Shown here in pieces: positions 26,236 to 34,617 of a stretch of 64,000 bases of DNA; position 1 is the stretch's first letter; each line of letters opens with the position of its first letter. Origin of the DNA: an uncultured Pelagibacteraceae bacterium. GTDB lineage: Bacteria > Pseudomonadota > Alphaproteobacteria > Pelagibacterales > AG-422-B15. The stretch covers positions 15,297-79,296 of the forward strand of contig CABYSM010000003.1 in NCBI GenBank assembly GCA_902521655.1, in the 5' to 3' direction. Position numbers and translations under genes: made by a program. The notes below the pieces were generated by a model. It saw only the letters and a list, made by a program, of their open reading frames with translations, did not search any database and was not told where the DNA came from.

Positions 26236-27020
26236 TGACGAATATTCTCATCAGAAGTGATAAAAATTCAGTTGCTATACTAAGTTTGAATGACCTTCCA
26301 GCAAATAGTCTAAGTATGCCTATGATGGAAGAAATTCAAAATCAACTAACAACTATTGATCATGATGACTCAATTCGAGTTATAATCATAAAATCTGAAA
26401 GTGATAAAATATTTTCCTCAGGTCATAATTTAAAAGAGGTAAAAGGCTTTCTTGATAATAATGATACTAAATCTCAAGTTGATTTATTTTCAACGTGTTC
26501 CTCAATGATGAAACAAATTCAGGCTTTAAGTAAACCAGTCATTGCGCAGGTCAGAGGCATAGCAACTGCAGCTGGTGCCCAACTCGTTGCCTCATGTGAT
26601 TTAGCTTATGGATCATTAGATTCAAAATACGCAACTCCAGGAGTAAACATTGGATTATTTTGTCATACACCTCAAGTTGCTGTATCAAGGACAATTGGCA
26701 GAAAACCAATGATGGAAATGCTGTTAAGTGGAGAACCTATTTCGTCTGAAAGGGCTGTACAAATTGGATTGATCAATGCTGCGGTTGATAGTGCAGATTT
26801 AGAAAAAACAGTTCAGAAGTCATGCAATGATATTTGCAATAAATCAGCAGCTGTTATTGCCATGGGGAAAAAAAGTTTCTACCGTCAAAGTGAAATGCCT
26901 TTAACTGACGCATATGACTTTACAAGTGCAGAGATGGTAAGGAATTTAACACTTAATGATGGTAATGAGGGAATATCTTCTTTCCTTGAAAAAAGAGACC
27001 CGAACTGGTCTAACGATTAA
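26235..27020 (+). CDS. Enoyl-CoA hydratase/isomerase (crotonase) family protein
   Basis: 261 aa. Crotonase-fold stretches: IIIKSESDKIFSSGHNLKE and AQVRGIATAAGAQLVASCDLAY. Confidence 0.8.
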   Translation: MTNILIRSDKNSVAILSLNDLPANSLSMPMMEEIQNQLTTIDHDDSIRVIIIKSESDKIFSSGHNLKEVKGFLDNNDTKSQVDLFSTCSSMMKQIQALSKPVIAQVRGIATAAGAQLVASCDLAYGSLDSKYATPGVNIGLFCHTPQVAVSRTIGRKPMMEMLLSGEPISSERAVQIGLINAAVDSADLEKTVQKSCNDICNKSAAVIAMGKKSFYRQSEMPLTDAYDFTSAEMVRNLTLNDGNEGISSFLEKRDPNWSND

Positions 27021-27919
27021 CGTCTAATTACATATTTATCAGGCACAATTTCTTTTTTTAGTATTTTTTCTCGTCTTAGGATGGTTAATGACGAAACAAT
27101 TATAAAAAATGCACCTATATATGTATTCCAAGCAGGAATTTCATTCCAAATAAAATAGCCAAAGATTATTCCATAAATCAAACTTAAATATTTTAAAGGT
27201 GTTACAATTGATACTTCAGCATTTTTATACGCTTGAGTTAAAGCGAGGTTTCCAATGCCGCCACTGATCCCAACTAACGCCAGCATGCTAAAATCAAATA
27301 AAGATACTGGCCACCAATACCAGCCACCAAAAGGGATTGTAAACAGAGAAGCAATTATTCCGAAAATTGTAAAGTATAAGGCTATTAAGTATGTAGGCTC
27401 TGTTTCACTTAATTTGCGAATCGAAATAGCTACTATAGAAAAAAATATACAAAAAAATATTGGCAAGATCATATAAAAATTGAATCCAGATGATGTTGGA
27501 TTAACTATTACTAAAACTCCAACGAATCCAATTGCTATCGCAGTCCATCTTCTGCTACCAACTATTTCTCCAAGAATAAAAATTGATAATAATGTACTAA
27601 AAATAGGAGACGCGAACGTAAGTGACACTGTTGTAGCTAGAGGTAAGAAATGTAAGCTTGCGTAAACACAAAATAAGGCAATTGTACCAGCTAAACTTCT
27701 AATAAAATGAAGTCCAGGCTTTGATGTTGTTAAAAGGTGGGCCCACCGATCACGAGGTATTGTAAATACAAGTGGTATCAAACCTCCTATCATTCGCCAA
27801 AATACAACATAGCCAATACTGTAATCCTCAGTGGTCCATTTTACCGCTAAATCCATTAATGCAAATCCAGTCACACTGATAAGCATAAAAAAAGCACCAA
27901 CTTTTATATTATTTTCCAT
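27017..27919 (-). CDS. EamA/DMT-family permease
   Basis: 300 aa with about 10 TM segments. It has a 4-nt convergent overlap with the crotonase gene. Confidence 0.7.
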   Translation of the reverse strand: MENNIKVGAFFMLISVTGFALMDLAVKWTTEDYSIGYVVFWRMIGGLIPLVFTIPRDRWAHLLTTSKPGLHFIRSLAGTIALFCVYASLHFLPLATTVSLTFASPIFSTLLSIFILGEIVGSRRWTAIAIGFVGVLVIVNPTSSGFNFYMILPIFFCIFFSIVAISIRKLSETEPTYLIALYFTIFGIIASLFTIPFGGWYWWPVSLFDFSMLALVGISGGIGNLALTQAYKNAEVSIVTPLKYLSLIYGIIFGYFIWNEIPAWNTYIGAFFIIVSSLTILRREKILKKEIVPDKYVIRR

Positions 27920-27978
27920 ATATAAAATGATCTAAGATTGCGATTACAAATATTAAGAATTAGACTAGCATAAAAAGT

Positions 27979-28713
27979 ATGAACGTTTGGAAATATTTAC
28001 TCGCAGCTTCTCTTGGCAATATGATTGCAGGTCCTTTAGGTGCATTAGCTTTTACAGCTGGCGCCTTTTTTCTTGGGAAGAAAAGTAATTTTAGAAATCC
28101 TGGTGCAAATTTTAATACGCAGCAAGGTGTTTACGCTCTCGGTTTAGTTGTACTGTGTGCAAAGTTAGCTAAAGCGGATGGTAGAGTCACAGATGACGAA
28201 ATTAGAAAATTTAAAAAGATTTTTAAAATTCCTCAAGAAAATATGAAACAAGTTGGCGCTATCTGGAAAGAAGCTTCACAAACAAGTGCTGGATTTGAAC
28301 CGTATGCTCAGCAATTAAGGGATACTTTTAGCCGATCACCTCAAATCTTAGAGCAAGTAATCATAGGTCTCTTTGAAATTGGTTATGCAGACCATGATTT
28401 ATCTAATCCCGAACTAAAATATATAAAAAAAGTGAGTCAAATATTTGGAATTGATCAGGCAACGTTTAACAGACTGAGAAATTCAAGACCTGAGTTTGTA
28501 AAGGAAGACCCCTACAAAGTATTGGGAGTTAATAAATCACAATCAACATCAGAGATTAAGAAGATCTATCGAAACTTGGCTAGAAAAAATCACCCTGATA
28601 TTGTTAGGGCTAAGGGTATTACTGATAAGAGTTTAATAACTAAAGCTAAAGAAAATTTTCAACGCATTAATGATGCTTATGAACAAGTTCTAAAAATAAG
28701 AGGTGAAAAATAG
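27979..28713 (+). CDS. djlA: DjlA-like membrane co-chaperone (TerB-like domain + C-terminal J domain)
   Basis: 244 aa with an N-terminal TM segment, a TerB-like LAKADGRVTDDEI, and the J domain DPYKVLGVNKSQSTSEIKKIYRNLARKNHPD. Confidence 0.75.
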   Translation: MNVWKYLLAASLGNMIAGPLGALAFTAGAFFLGKKSNFRNPGANFNTQQGVYALGLVVLCAKLAKADGRVTDDEIRKFKKIFKIPQENMKQVGAIWKEASQTSAGFEPYAQQLRDTFSRSPQILEQVIIGLFEIGYADHDLSNPELKYIKKVSQIFGIDQATFNRLRNSRPEFVKEDPYKVLGVNKSQSTSEIKKIYRNLARKNHPDIVRAKGITDKSLITKAKENFQRINDAYEQVLKIRGEK

Positions 28714-28770
28714 GCATAATTTAAATTTTTTTATCAGTTTAAATTAAATGATCACGGGATATACTTAGTT

Positions 28771-28920
28771 ATGGAATTTTTGACATTTATTGCGGTTTGT
28801 ATCTTAATCTATCTTGTATATTTAATCCGTCAGGATTTTAAGGACCATTCAGTGCGTATTGAAAGTCAAATGCAGAGAGTTACTGAAGTGGTCATCAAAA
28901 GCCAAGACAAAGACGAATAA
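28771..28920 (+). CDS. Small single-pass membrane protein (49 aa), unannotated
   Basis: Hand translation gives MEFLTFIAVCILIYLVYLIRQDFKDHSVRIESQMQRVTEVVIKSQDKDE*. It is below the ORF-track size cut-off and has a hydrophobic N-terminal helix followed by a charged tail. Confidence 0.4.
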   Translation: MEFLTFIAVCILIYLVYLIRQDFKDHSVRIESQMQRVTEVVIKSQDKDE

Positions 28921-28923
28921 TAT

Positions 28924-29049
28924 TTATTTTTTCTTACCCCAACTATTTCTTTTTCTATTCCTTATTAATGGCGGATAAGTACCAGTTGATAAGAAGATCT
29001 TGATAAATCTCCACTGTAAGAACCATATTTTTTTTAAAACCTGAAACAT
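28924..29049 (-). CDS. Possible small basic protein (41 aa)
   Basis: Hand translation of the minus strand gives MFQVLKKIWFLQWRFIKIFLSTGTYPPLIRNRKRNSWGKKK*. It is convergent with the 49-aa ORF, 3 nt apart. There is no other support. Confidence 0.2.
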   Translation of the reverse strand: MFQVLKKIWFLQWRFIKIFLSTGTYPPLIRNRKRNSWGKKK

Positions 29050-29117
29050 TTTAGGACTCTTGTTTTAATTAATTATTTTAATTCAATATTTTGGCAAATT
29101 CATTATAAATAATCTTT

Positions 29118-29723
29118 ATGAATACCGACATATCATCTTTTAATCAATGGATAGAGGCTTGGAATCATTTTTATGACAAAGAGAAAGAGTTGGTTGACTT
29201 AGACCCCAACGCTGCACTGGTGTCATCCGTGAGTAGTGATGGTAAGCCTAATGCTAGAGTTATACTTATTAAAGATGTCAGCCAAGAAGGTTTCACTTTT
29301 TATACAAATTATGAATCACAAAAAGGAAAAGAACTTTTTCATAATTCAGAGGGACATTTAACATGGTACAGCCGTGCTCAAGGAGCTTCAATTAGGGTTC
29401 AAGGAAAAGTCGAAAAAATAAACTCAAACTTGTCTGATGAGTATTTTTCTTCACGTGATCGTAATGCACAAATATCAGCAAGTATTTCAAAACAATCTTA
29501 TGATGTTGATAGTCGTGAAGTACTGGATAAAGAATTTCAAGAGTTCGCAGACGCACATGAAGGAAAAGAAATAAAAAGACCCGATCATTGGGGAGGAATA
29601 ATCATTATGCCTTCAAGAGTAGAAGTATGGAAAAGCAGAGATGATTATAAAACTCGACTGCATGACAGAATTGTTTTCACACAATCAAATGATGCATGGA
29701 TAAAGACCAGACTTTACCCATAG
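29118..29723 (+). CDS. pdxH: Pyridoxamine 5'-phosphate oxidase
   Basis: 201 aa with ARVILIKDVSQEGFTFYTNYESQKGKEL, RPDHWGG, RLHDR and a C-terminal RLYP. Confidence 0.9.
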   Translation: MNTDISSFNQWIEAWNHFYDKEKELVDLDPNAALVSSVSSDGKPNARVILIKDVSQEGFTFYTNYESQKGKELFHNSEGHLTWYSRAQGASIRVQGKVEKINSNLSDEYFSSRDRNAQISASISKQSYDVDSREVLDKEFQEFADAHEGKEIKRPDHWGGIIIMPSRVEVWKSRDDYKTRLHDRIVFTQSNDAWIKTRLYP

Positions 29724-29735
29724 AGACTTTGTGAA

Positions 29736-30242
29736 ATGATAAAAATATTTTTAATATTTTCTCTCTCTATTCTGTGGTTACCCAATGTATCAGCAAATGA
29801 TTTGCCAACACCTCGATGGGTAACTTCAAAAAATACAATTAATTGTCGGGCATCATATATTACGGATGAAGAAGGAAAAGCTATGGGTTCTATAAAATAT
29901 CAATATGTAAAAAAATATTTTCCATGGGAAGTCGTCAGGAATATTGATGATCTCTGGGTTCAGGCTAGAGATCCTCTAACTGATGACTTATGTTTTCTTT
30001 TCAGGCCGATTCTATCACCTAAGAGAGCAGCAATTACAAAAGAAGCTGTATTGGGTTACAATAATCCCACAGAAAAGAAGGTCGTGGCTAAAGTTGAAAA
30101 AAATGTACATGGCATGATACTCAAAGCTGATTCAGCTTTTATCTTGTTTGAGGTTTATTTAGAGGAAGAGGGTAAAAAAAGTAAATTCTATATTCCAAAA
30201 AATAAAGTTTTTGGCATTTATCCTAATGAAATCATCAATTGA
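29736..30242 (+). CDS. Exported SH3-like domain protein (COG3807-type, alphaproteobacterial)
   Basis: 168 aa with a signal peptide. The pattern LPTPRWVTSKNTINCRA ... PWEVV...DDLWVQARDP ... SPKRAAIT matches the conserved LPLPRFVSLK..N.R.GP ... W..IRD ... RTA layout. Confidence 0.55.
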   Translation: MIKIFLIFSLSILWLPNVSANDLPTPRWVTSKNTINCRASYITDEEGKAMGSIKYQYVKKYFPWEVVRNIDDLWVQARDPLTDDLCFLFRPILSPKRAAITKEAVLGYNNPTEKKVVAKVEKNVHGMILKADSAFILFEVYLEEEGKKSKFYIPKNKVFGIYPNEIIN

Positions 30243-30247
30243 GTGGT

Positions 30248-30276
30248 TTGAAAAAACGCTTAATTTCTGATATAAT
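30248..30276 (+). promoter_or_regulatory. Near-consensus sigma70-type promoter TTGAAA-N17-TATAAT
   Basis: The -35 element is at 30248-30253 and the -10 at 30271-30276, with an exact 17-nt spacer. It lies about 85 nt upstream of the 30363 start and is followed by a relatively GC-rich leader and an AAAGGGGAAG ribosome-binding region. Confidence 0.55.
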
Positions 30277-30362
30277 CCTAATCTGAAGCGATACATAACT
30301 CACCATTAAAGGAAGCGGGATCGGTCGACTTTTTATTGTTAATTTAATAAAAGGGGAAGCTA

Positions 30363-31538
30363 ATGATTTTTTCTAAATTCCTAAACGCTACAAACTGGCA
30401 TAAGCGTCCATATACTGAAATTCTTGATGAAGTCAGGGAGATTACAGATTATTTAGATCAAAATAGTAATTTTAGACAAGTATGGTTGAGTGAACATCAC
30501 CTACAAACTACAAATAATTGGACAATGGAGTGCATACCCAATCCAATTCTACTGGGCTCAGATCTTGCAGCCCGCACAAAAAATATTCGTATCGGATTAG
30601 CCGCAGCTATCGCAACCTTTTGGAATCCTCTTAGATTAGCTGAGGATGTTGCGCTTTTAGATAACTTGTCATCAGGCAGGTTGGATGTTGGTCTTGGTCG
30701 AGGCGTATTTGGAAAAGAAGCTATTCACATGAACATTGAGGCCGATTTGAAAGATCAGCCAAAAAACTTTCGATTGTTTGTTGAAACACTAGACATATTA
30801 AAGAAGGCTTGGACGCAAGAATACTTTTCACATAAAGGTGAATTCTATGAGTACCCAGCTCCAGAATTTAAATATTCTAATCCACTGTTGAATGAAACAT
30901 CAGATGTTGTTGATCCGGAAACAAATGTCTTAAAGAAAATTAGTATAGTTCCTAAACCGTTTCAAAAAAATCTTCCTTTATGGCAAGTAGTTGATAGCCC
31001 TAGTTCAATTGAGTTTGCTGCAAAGAATGGTCTTAATTGCTTGATGTGGCTACCAACAATTGCTTCCTTGAAGTCACGCTTTGAGATTTATGCAAATACT
31101 AAATCTGAGGTTGAAAAGAGAGATGTTCCTATGGGCGAGGGAATTGCATTGGTTCGTGATTGCTTTATTGCCGATACAATGGAAGAAGCTAAAGAATTAG
31201 CGGGTGAGCATTTTTTAAGATATTTAGTATCTGTTTGTGGCGGAGGCAGAGGAGTAGGCATCTTTGCAAACCCTGGTGAGGAATTACCAAAAACAGATAA
31301 TCCAATTGATCTTTTAACATACGATTGGATCCATCCGAGAAACCAATTAGTAGGTACAGCTGAATTTGTAATCGATAAAATTCACGAATTAAAGTCAGAA
31401 TTAAATCTCCAGCAGTTGGCAATATGGTCAAATCCTCCTGGAATGCCTCACAATGCAGCGATGAAATCATTAAAATTATTTAATGAAAAAGTGGCTCCTC
31501 AATTTAGTGATGATAATTTAATTAAGAAAGTTTCTTAG
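30363..31538 (+). CDS. Luciferase-like (LLM class) flavin-dependent monooxygenase
   Basis: 391 aa. TIM-barrel LLM stretches: VWLSEHH, LAEDVALLDNLSSGRLDVGLGRG. The size is typical of SsuD/LadA-like group C monooxygenases. Confidence 0.7.
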   Translation: MIFSKFLNATNWHKRPYTEILDEVREITDYLDQNSNFRQVWLSEHHLQTTNNWTMECIPNPILLGSDLAARTKNIRIGLAAAIATFWNPLRLAEDVALLDNLSSGRLDVGLGRGVFGKEAIHMNIEADLKDQPKNFRLFVETLDILKKAWTQEYFSHKGEFYEYPAPEFKYSNPLLNETSDVVDPETNVLKKISIVPKPFQKNLPLWQVVDSPSSIEFAAKNGLNCLMWLPTIASLKSRFEIYANTKSEVEKRDVPMGEGIALVRDCFIADTMEEAKELAGEHFLRYLVSVCGGGRGVGIFANPGEELPKTDNPIDLLTYDWIHPRNQLVGTAEFVIDKIHELKSELNLQQLAIWSNPPGMPHNAAMKSLKLFNEKVAPQFSDDNLIKKVS

Positions 31539-33235
31539 TGTCTTCAAAAAAAATGACTGGCGGCGAAGCCGTTGTTGAAACTTTATTGGTAAATGAAGTT
31601 GAGGTGGTTACGGGGCTGATTGGCTCATCGACACTTGAGATCTTGGATGGCCTTTACAATAACGCTGAAAAAATCAGATATATAGGATGCAGACATGAGA
31701 GCAATGGGATGATCATGATGGATGCCTATGCCAGGTATACTGGGAAAAATGGGGTATTTCTGAGTGGCCAAGCAGGTCCGGGAGTAAGCAACACAGTGAC
31801 TGCGATGGCTCAGGCAAAGGCTGCTTTTTCACCAGTTGTTAACCTAGCTGGCGCAATTGCATCAGATCACAAAGGTAAGGATGCTTTTCAGGAAATAGAT
31901 CAAGTCAGTTTGATGCAAGCGGTTTCAAAAAAAGTTTTTGAAGTAAAAGAGGTTGAGTCAATACCAGAAGTTTTAAATGAAGCGATGCAAACAGCACTGA
32001 CACCACGGTGCGGCCCTGTTCATGTAGATATGCCTAGAGATGTTTTAGGTAAATCAGCTGAATTTAATCAGCCTACGAAATTTAAATCTATATCAACTTT
32101 AGCTGCTGATGAGGAAAGTTTAAAAAAAGCTGTAAAGCTTTTAAGTGAAGCACATAAACCTGTAATTCTAGTTGGAGCAGGAGTTAAGAATTACGGAACA
32201 AGTGCAGCAGATAGTGTTTTAAAGTTAGCTGAACTTCTCAATGCCCCATGTACCACTTCTCCAGGACACGGTGATGCAATTCCATATAGTCATCCGTTAA
32301 ATGCGGGATCAGCCGGCCCTCGTGGATCAGGGTTAGGAACAAAACTTTTAAGAGAGGCGGATGTGATTCTAGTTTTAGGAAGTCGATTAGGTTTTAATAC
32401 AACGTTCTATTCTTACGAGAACCTAAATGAAAAAGCTTCAATTATACAATGTGAAATAGATCTGAATTCGATAGGCCGATATTTTCCTGTTGAAGTAGGC
32501 ATACATGCTGATGCTAAAACTGTAACTGATGAGCTTTCTAAAATGCTTGAAGCACACAAGTCAAAAAAAGAAGTACAAGATTGGTCAGATCAATTCAAAG
32601 ACAATAGAAAAAATTATTTTGATAAAAGAGATGCTGACGCGGATACTAAAAGTGTACCAATTTTACCTTCAGGATTATTTAAAGAATTAAGGGGAGCCTT
32701 GCCGGAGGATTGTGTCGTAACTTTGGATGCAGGCACAATGTGCCTCCAGTTAACTGATGCACTTCAATATCATCAACCAAAGAGTTTATTTTCACCACTC
32801 GATTTTGGGCTGGTTGGATTTTCTTATCCTGCTGGACTAGGAATAAAACTTGCAGCCCCTGAAAGACCCGTAGTTTCTTTTCATGGAGATGGTGGCATGT
32901 CCATGGTTATCCCAGAGCTTTCAACTGCAATCGAAAATAATATTAATACTGTTATATGTGTCATGAATAACGGCACGTGGGGCGCTGAAGCGGCCTACCA
33001 AAAAGATTTTTTTGAGGGACGTTTTATTGGCGCTCATATCACAACTCCTGAGTTTGATAAAGTTGCTGAATTGTATGGATGTAAGGGCATAAAGGTTGAA
33101 AAAGCAGGAGAAATTGGAGATGCGATTAAAGCCGGAATTGAGGCTGACTGCCCAACAGTAATCGATGTTCAATGTTCCCCTGATGCACTATATTCATTCA
33201 GGCAGGACTCATTTAAACATAAAGTAAAACAGTAG
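31538..33235 (+). CDS. Thiamine-diphosphate-dependent enzyme (acetolactate-synthase-large-subunit-like)
   Basis: 565 aa with a GTG start sharing 1 nt with the upstream TAG. The N-terminal Pyr domain has GGEAVVETLL..VE.V.G and GPGVSN. The ThDP motif is GDGGMSMVIPELSTAIENNINTVICVMNNG. Confidence 0.8.
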   Translation: MSSKKMTGGEAVVETLLVNEVEVVTGLIGSSTLEILDGLYNNAEKIRYIGCRHESNGMIMMDAYARYTGKNGVFLSGQAGPGVSNTVTAMAQAKAAFSPVVNLAGAIASDHKGKDAFQEIDQVSLMQAVSKKVFEVKEVESIPEVLNEAMQTALTPRCGPVHVDMPRDVLGKSAEFNQPTKFKSISTLAADEESLKKAVKLLSEAHKPVILVGAGVKNYGTSAADSVLKLAELLNAPCTTSPGHGDAIPYSHPLNAGSAGPRGSGLGTKLLREADVILVLGSRLGFNTTFYSYENLNEKASIIQCEIDLNSIGRYFPVEVGIHADAKTVTDELSKMLEAHKSKKEVQDWSDQFKDNRKNYFDKRDADADTKSVPILPSGLFKELRGALPEDCVVTLDAGTMCLQLTDALQYHQPKSLFSPLDFGLVGFSYPAGLGIKLAAPERPVVSFHGDGGMSMVIPELSTAIENNINTVICVMNNGTWGAEAAYQKDFFEGRFIGAHITTPEFDKVAELYGCKGIKVEKAGEIGDAIKAGIEADCPTVIDVQCSPDALYSFRQDSFKHKVKQ

Positions 33236-33244
33236 GATCATATT

Positions 33245-33826
33245 ATGACACTTGAAATCAGGAAGATGTGTAAGTTTGTTGATACAACATATGTTGAAGA
33301 TTTTAAAAAATGTGATGAACCTGTAGTTTTAGTATCTGTCGCAGCAGTAATTACAAACCCATGGGTTGACCAAGGGTATGTAGAAGACCTGAAGCCTACA
33401 ATTTTAGAGATAGCCCCAAAGCTTGGTGATTTTTTAGTTGGTGAGCTATTAGATGAAATTGGTTCTCCAGAAAAAGTCTTAGCCTACGGTAAGGCGAGTA
33501 TGACAGGGATGCGTGGAAGCATACAACATGCAAGCGCACTGATTCATACGTTACATTTTGGCAATAAATTTCGAGATGCTGTTGGAGGAACATCCTATCT
33601 TTCATTTACCAATGTACGTGGACTTGCAGCTTCAAAAATATCAATCCCTATGATGCACAAAACAGATCCTGGTTTGAGACAATTTTATTTAACTCATGAG
33701 TTTACAATTCATGATGCTCCTGGTCCTGCTGAATTAGTTATAGCAATTGGCGCAAGTACTACTCCTCAAGCTCATCATCGTATCGGAAACCGTTATGAAG
33801 ATGAAAAGGAAATGGGACTGAAATAA
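33245..33826 (+). CDS. 'Amino acid synthesis' family protein (DUF1185/PF06684-like), function unknown
   Basis: 193 aa. The stretches AAVITNPW, YVEDLKP, HASALIHTLHFGN.FRDAVGG.SYL.FTN and IPMMHK match my recollection of this family. No profile search was run. Confidence 0.55.
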   Translation: MTLEIRKMCKFVDTTYVEDFKKCDEPVVLVSVAAVITNPWVDQGYVEDLKPTILEIAPKLGDFLVGELLDEIGSPEKVLAYGKASMTGMRGSIQHASALIHTLHFGNKFRDAVGGTSYLSFTNVRGLAASKISIPMMHKTDPGLRQFYLTHEFTIHDAPGPAELVIAIGASTTPQAHHRIGNRYEDEKEMGLK

Positions 33827-33831
33827 TATTC

Positions 33832-34617
33832 ATGTCATTTCGTGAAGGACTTGACGATCAAGGTACATATTATCAATTTAATGAAGTTGCTGGCACTACT
33901 CCCGTAGTATTTATTCACGGGGTTGGTTTAAGTTTAGAAATTTGGAACCCCCAAAGAGATTTTTTTAAAAATCATTCAACAATTGTATACGACTTATATA
34001 GTCATGGAAGAACCACGAGCGCTGATGACATTACCTTCGATAACTTTTCCAATCAAATTGATGGCCTCATGCAATACTTAAAATACCCTTCATGCCATTT
34101 AATAGGTTTTTCCTTAGGCGGGTTAATCGCTGCTCACTATGCTTCAACGAGATCAAATAAGATTAATAAATTAATTTTATTTGGGACCATCTATGGTCGA
34201 AGTGCCGAACAACAGCAAGAAGCCATTAAAAGGTATGAAAATGTTTCTAAAGACTATTTTGATATTCCTAAACAATTGAGCAGATGGTTTAATGAGGATT
34301 ATTTAAAAAAAAATCCTAATGAGAGCCAATTGATCGCAGCAATCTTAGAAAAAAATGATCATCAAGAGTTCTTAAAATCATACAAATTGTTCTCTTATTT
34401 CCAAGATAATATGATTTTGTTTAATCAAATTTCAGCTCCTACATTAATTGTAACCGGAGAGAATGAGGTGGGGTCAACTCCTGAAATGTCGAAAAAGATT
34501 GGGGAAATAGTTAAAAATAGTAAAGTAGAGATCATTCCTGATGGCAAACATATGTGTGGTATGGAATGTGCAGACAAGGTTAATCAAGTATTTGGAAACT
34601 TTTTAAATGACAGCTAA
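33832..34617 (+). CDS. Alpha/beta-fold hydrolase
   Basis: 261 aa with an oxyanion region VVFIHGVG, nucleophile elbow GFSLGG and a C-terminal His context DGKHMCGME. Confidence 0.75.
   Translation: MSFREGLDDQGTYYQFNEVAGTTPVVFIHGVGLSLEIWNPQRDFFKNHSTIVYDLYSHGRTTSADDITFDNFSNQIDGLMQYLKYPSCHLIGFSLGGLIAAHYASTRSNKINKLILFGTIYGRSAEQQQEAIKRYENVSKDYFDIPKQLSRWFNEDYLKKNPNESQLIAAILEKNDHQEFLKSYKLFSYFQDNMILFNQISAPTLIVTGENEVGSTPEMSKKIGEIVKNSKVEIIPDGKHMCGMECADKVNQVFGNFLNDS

Noticed and set aside
28717-28746. 9-bp A/T-only inverted repeat (TAATTTAAA ... TTTAAATTA) after djlA
   Set aside because: The stem is pure A/T with a 12-nt loop, so it is thermodynamically negligible and expected by chance in AT-rich spacers.
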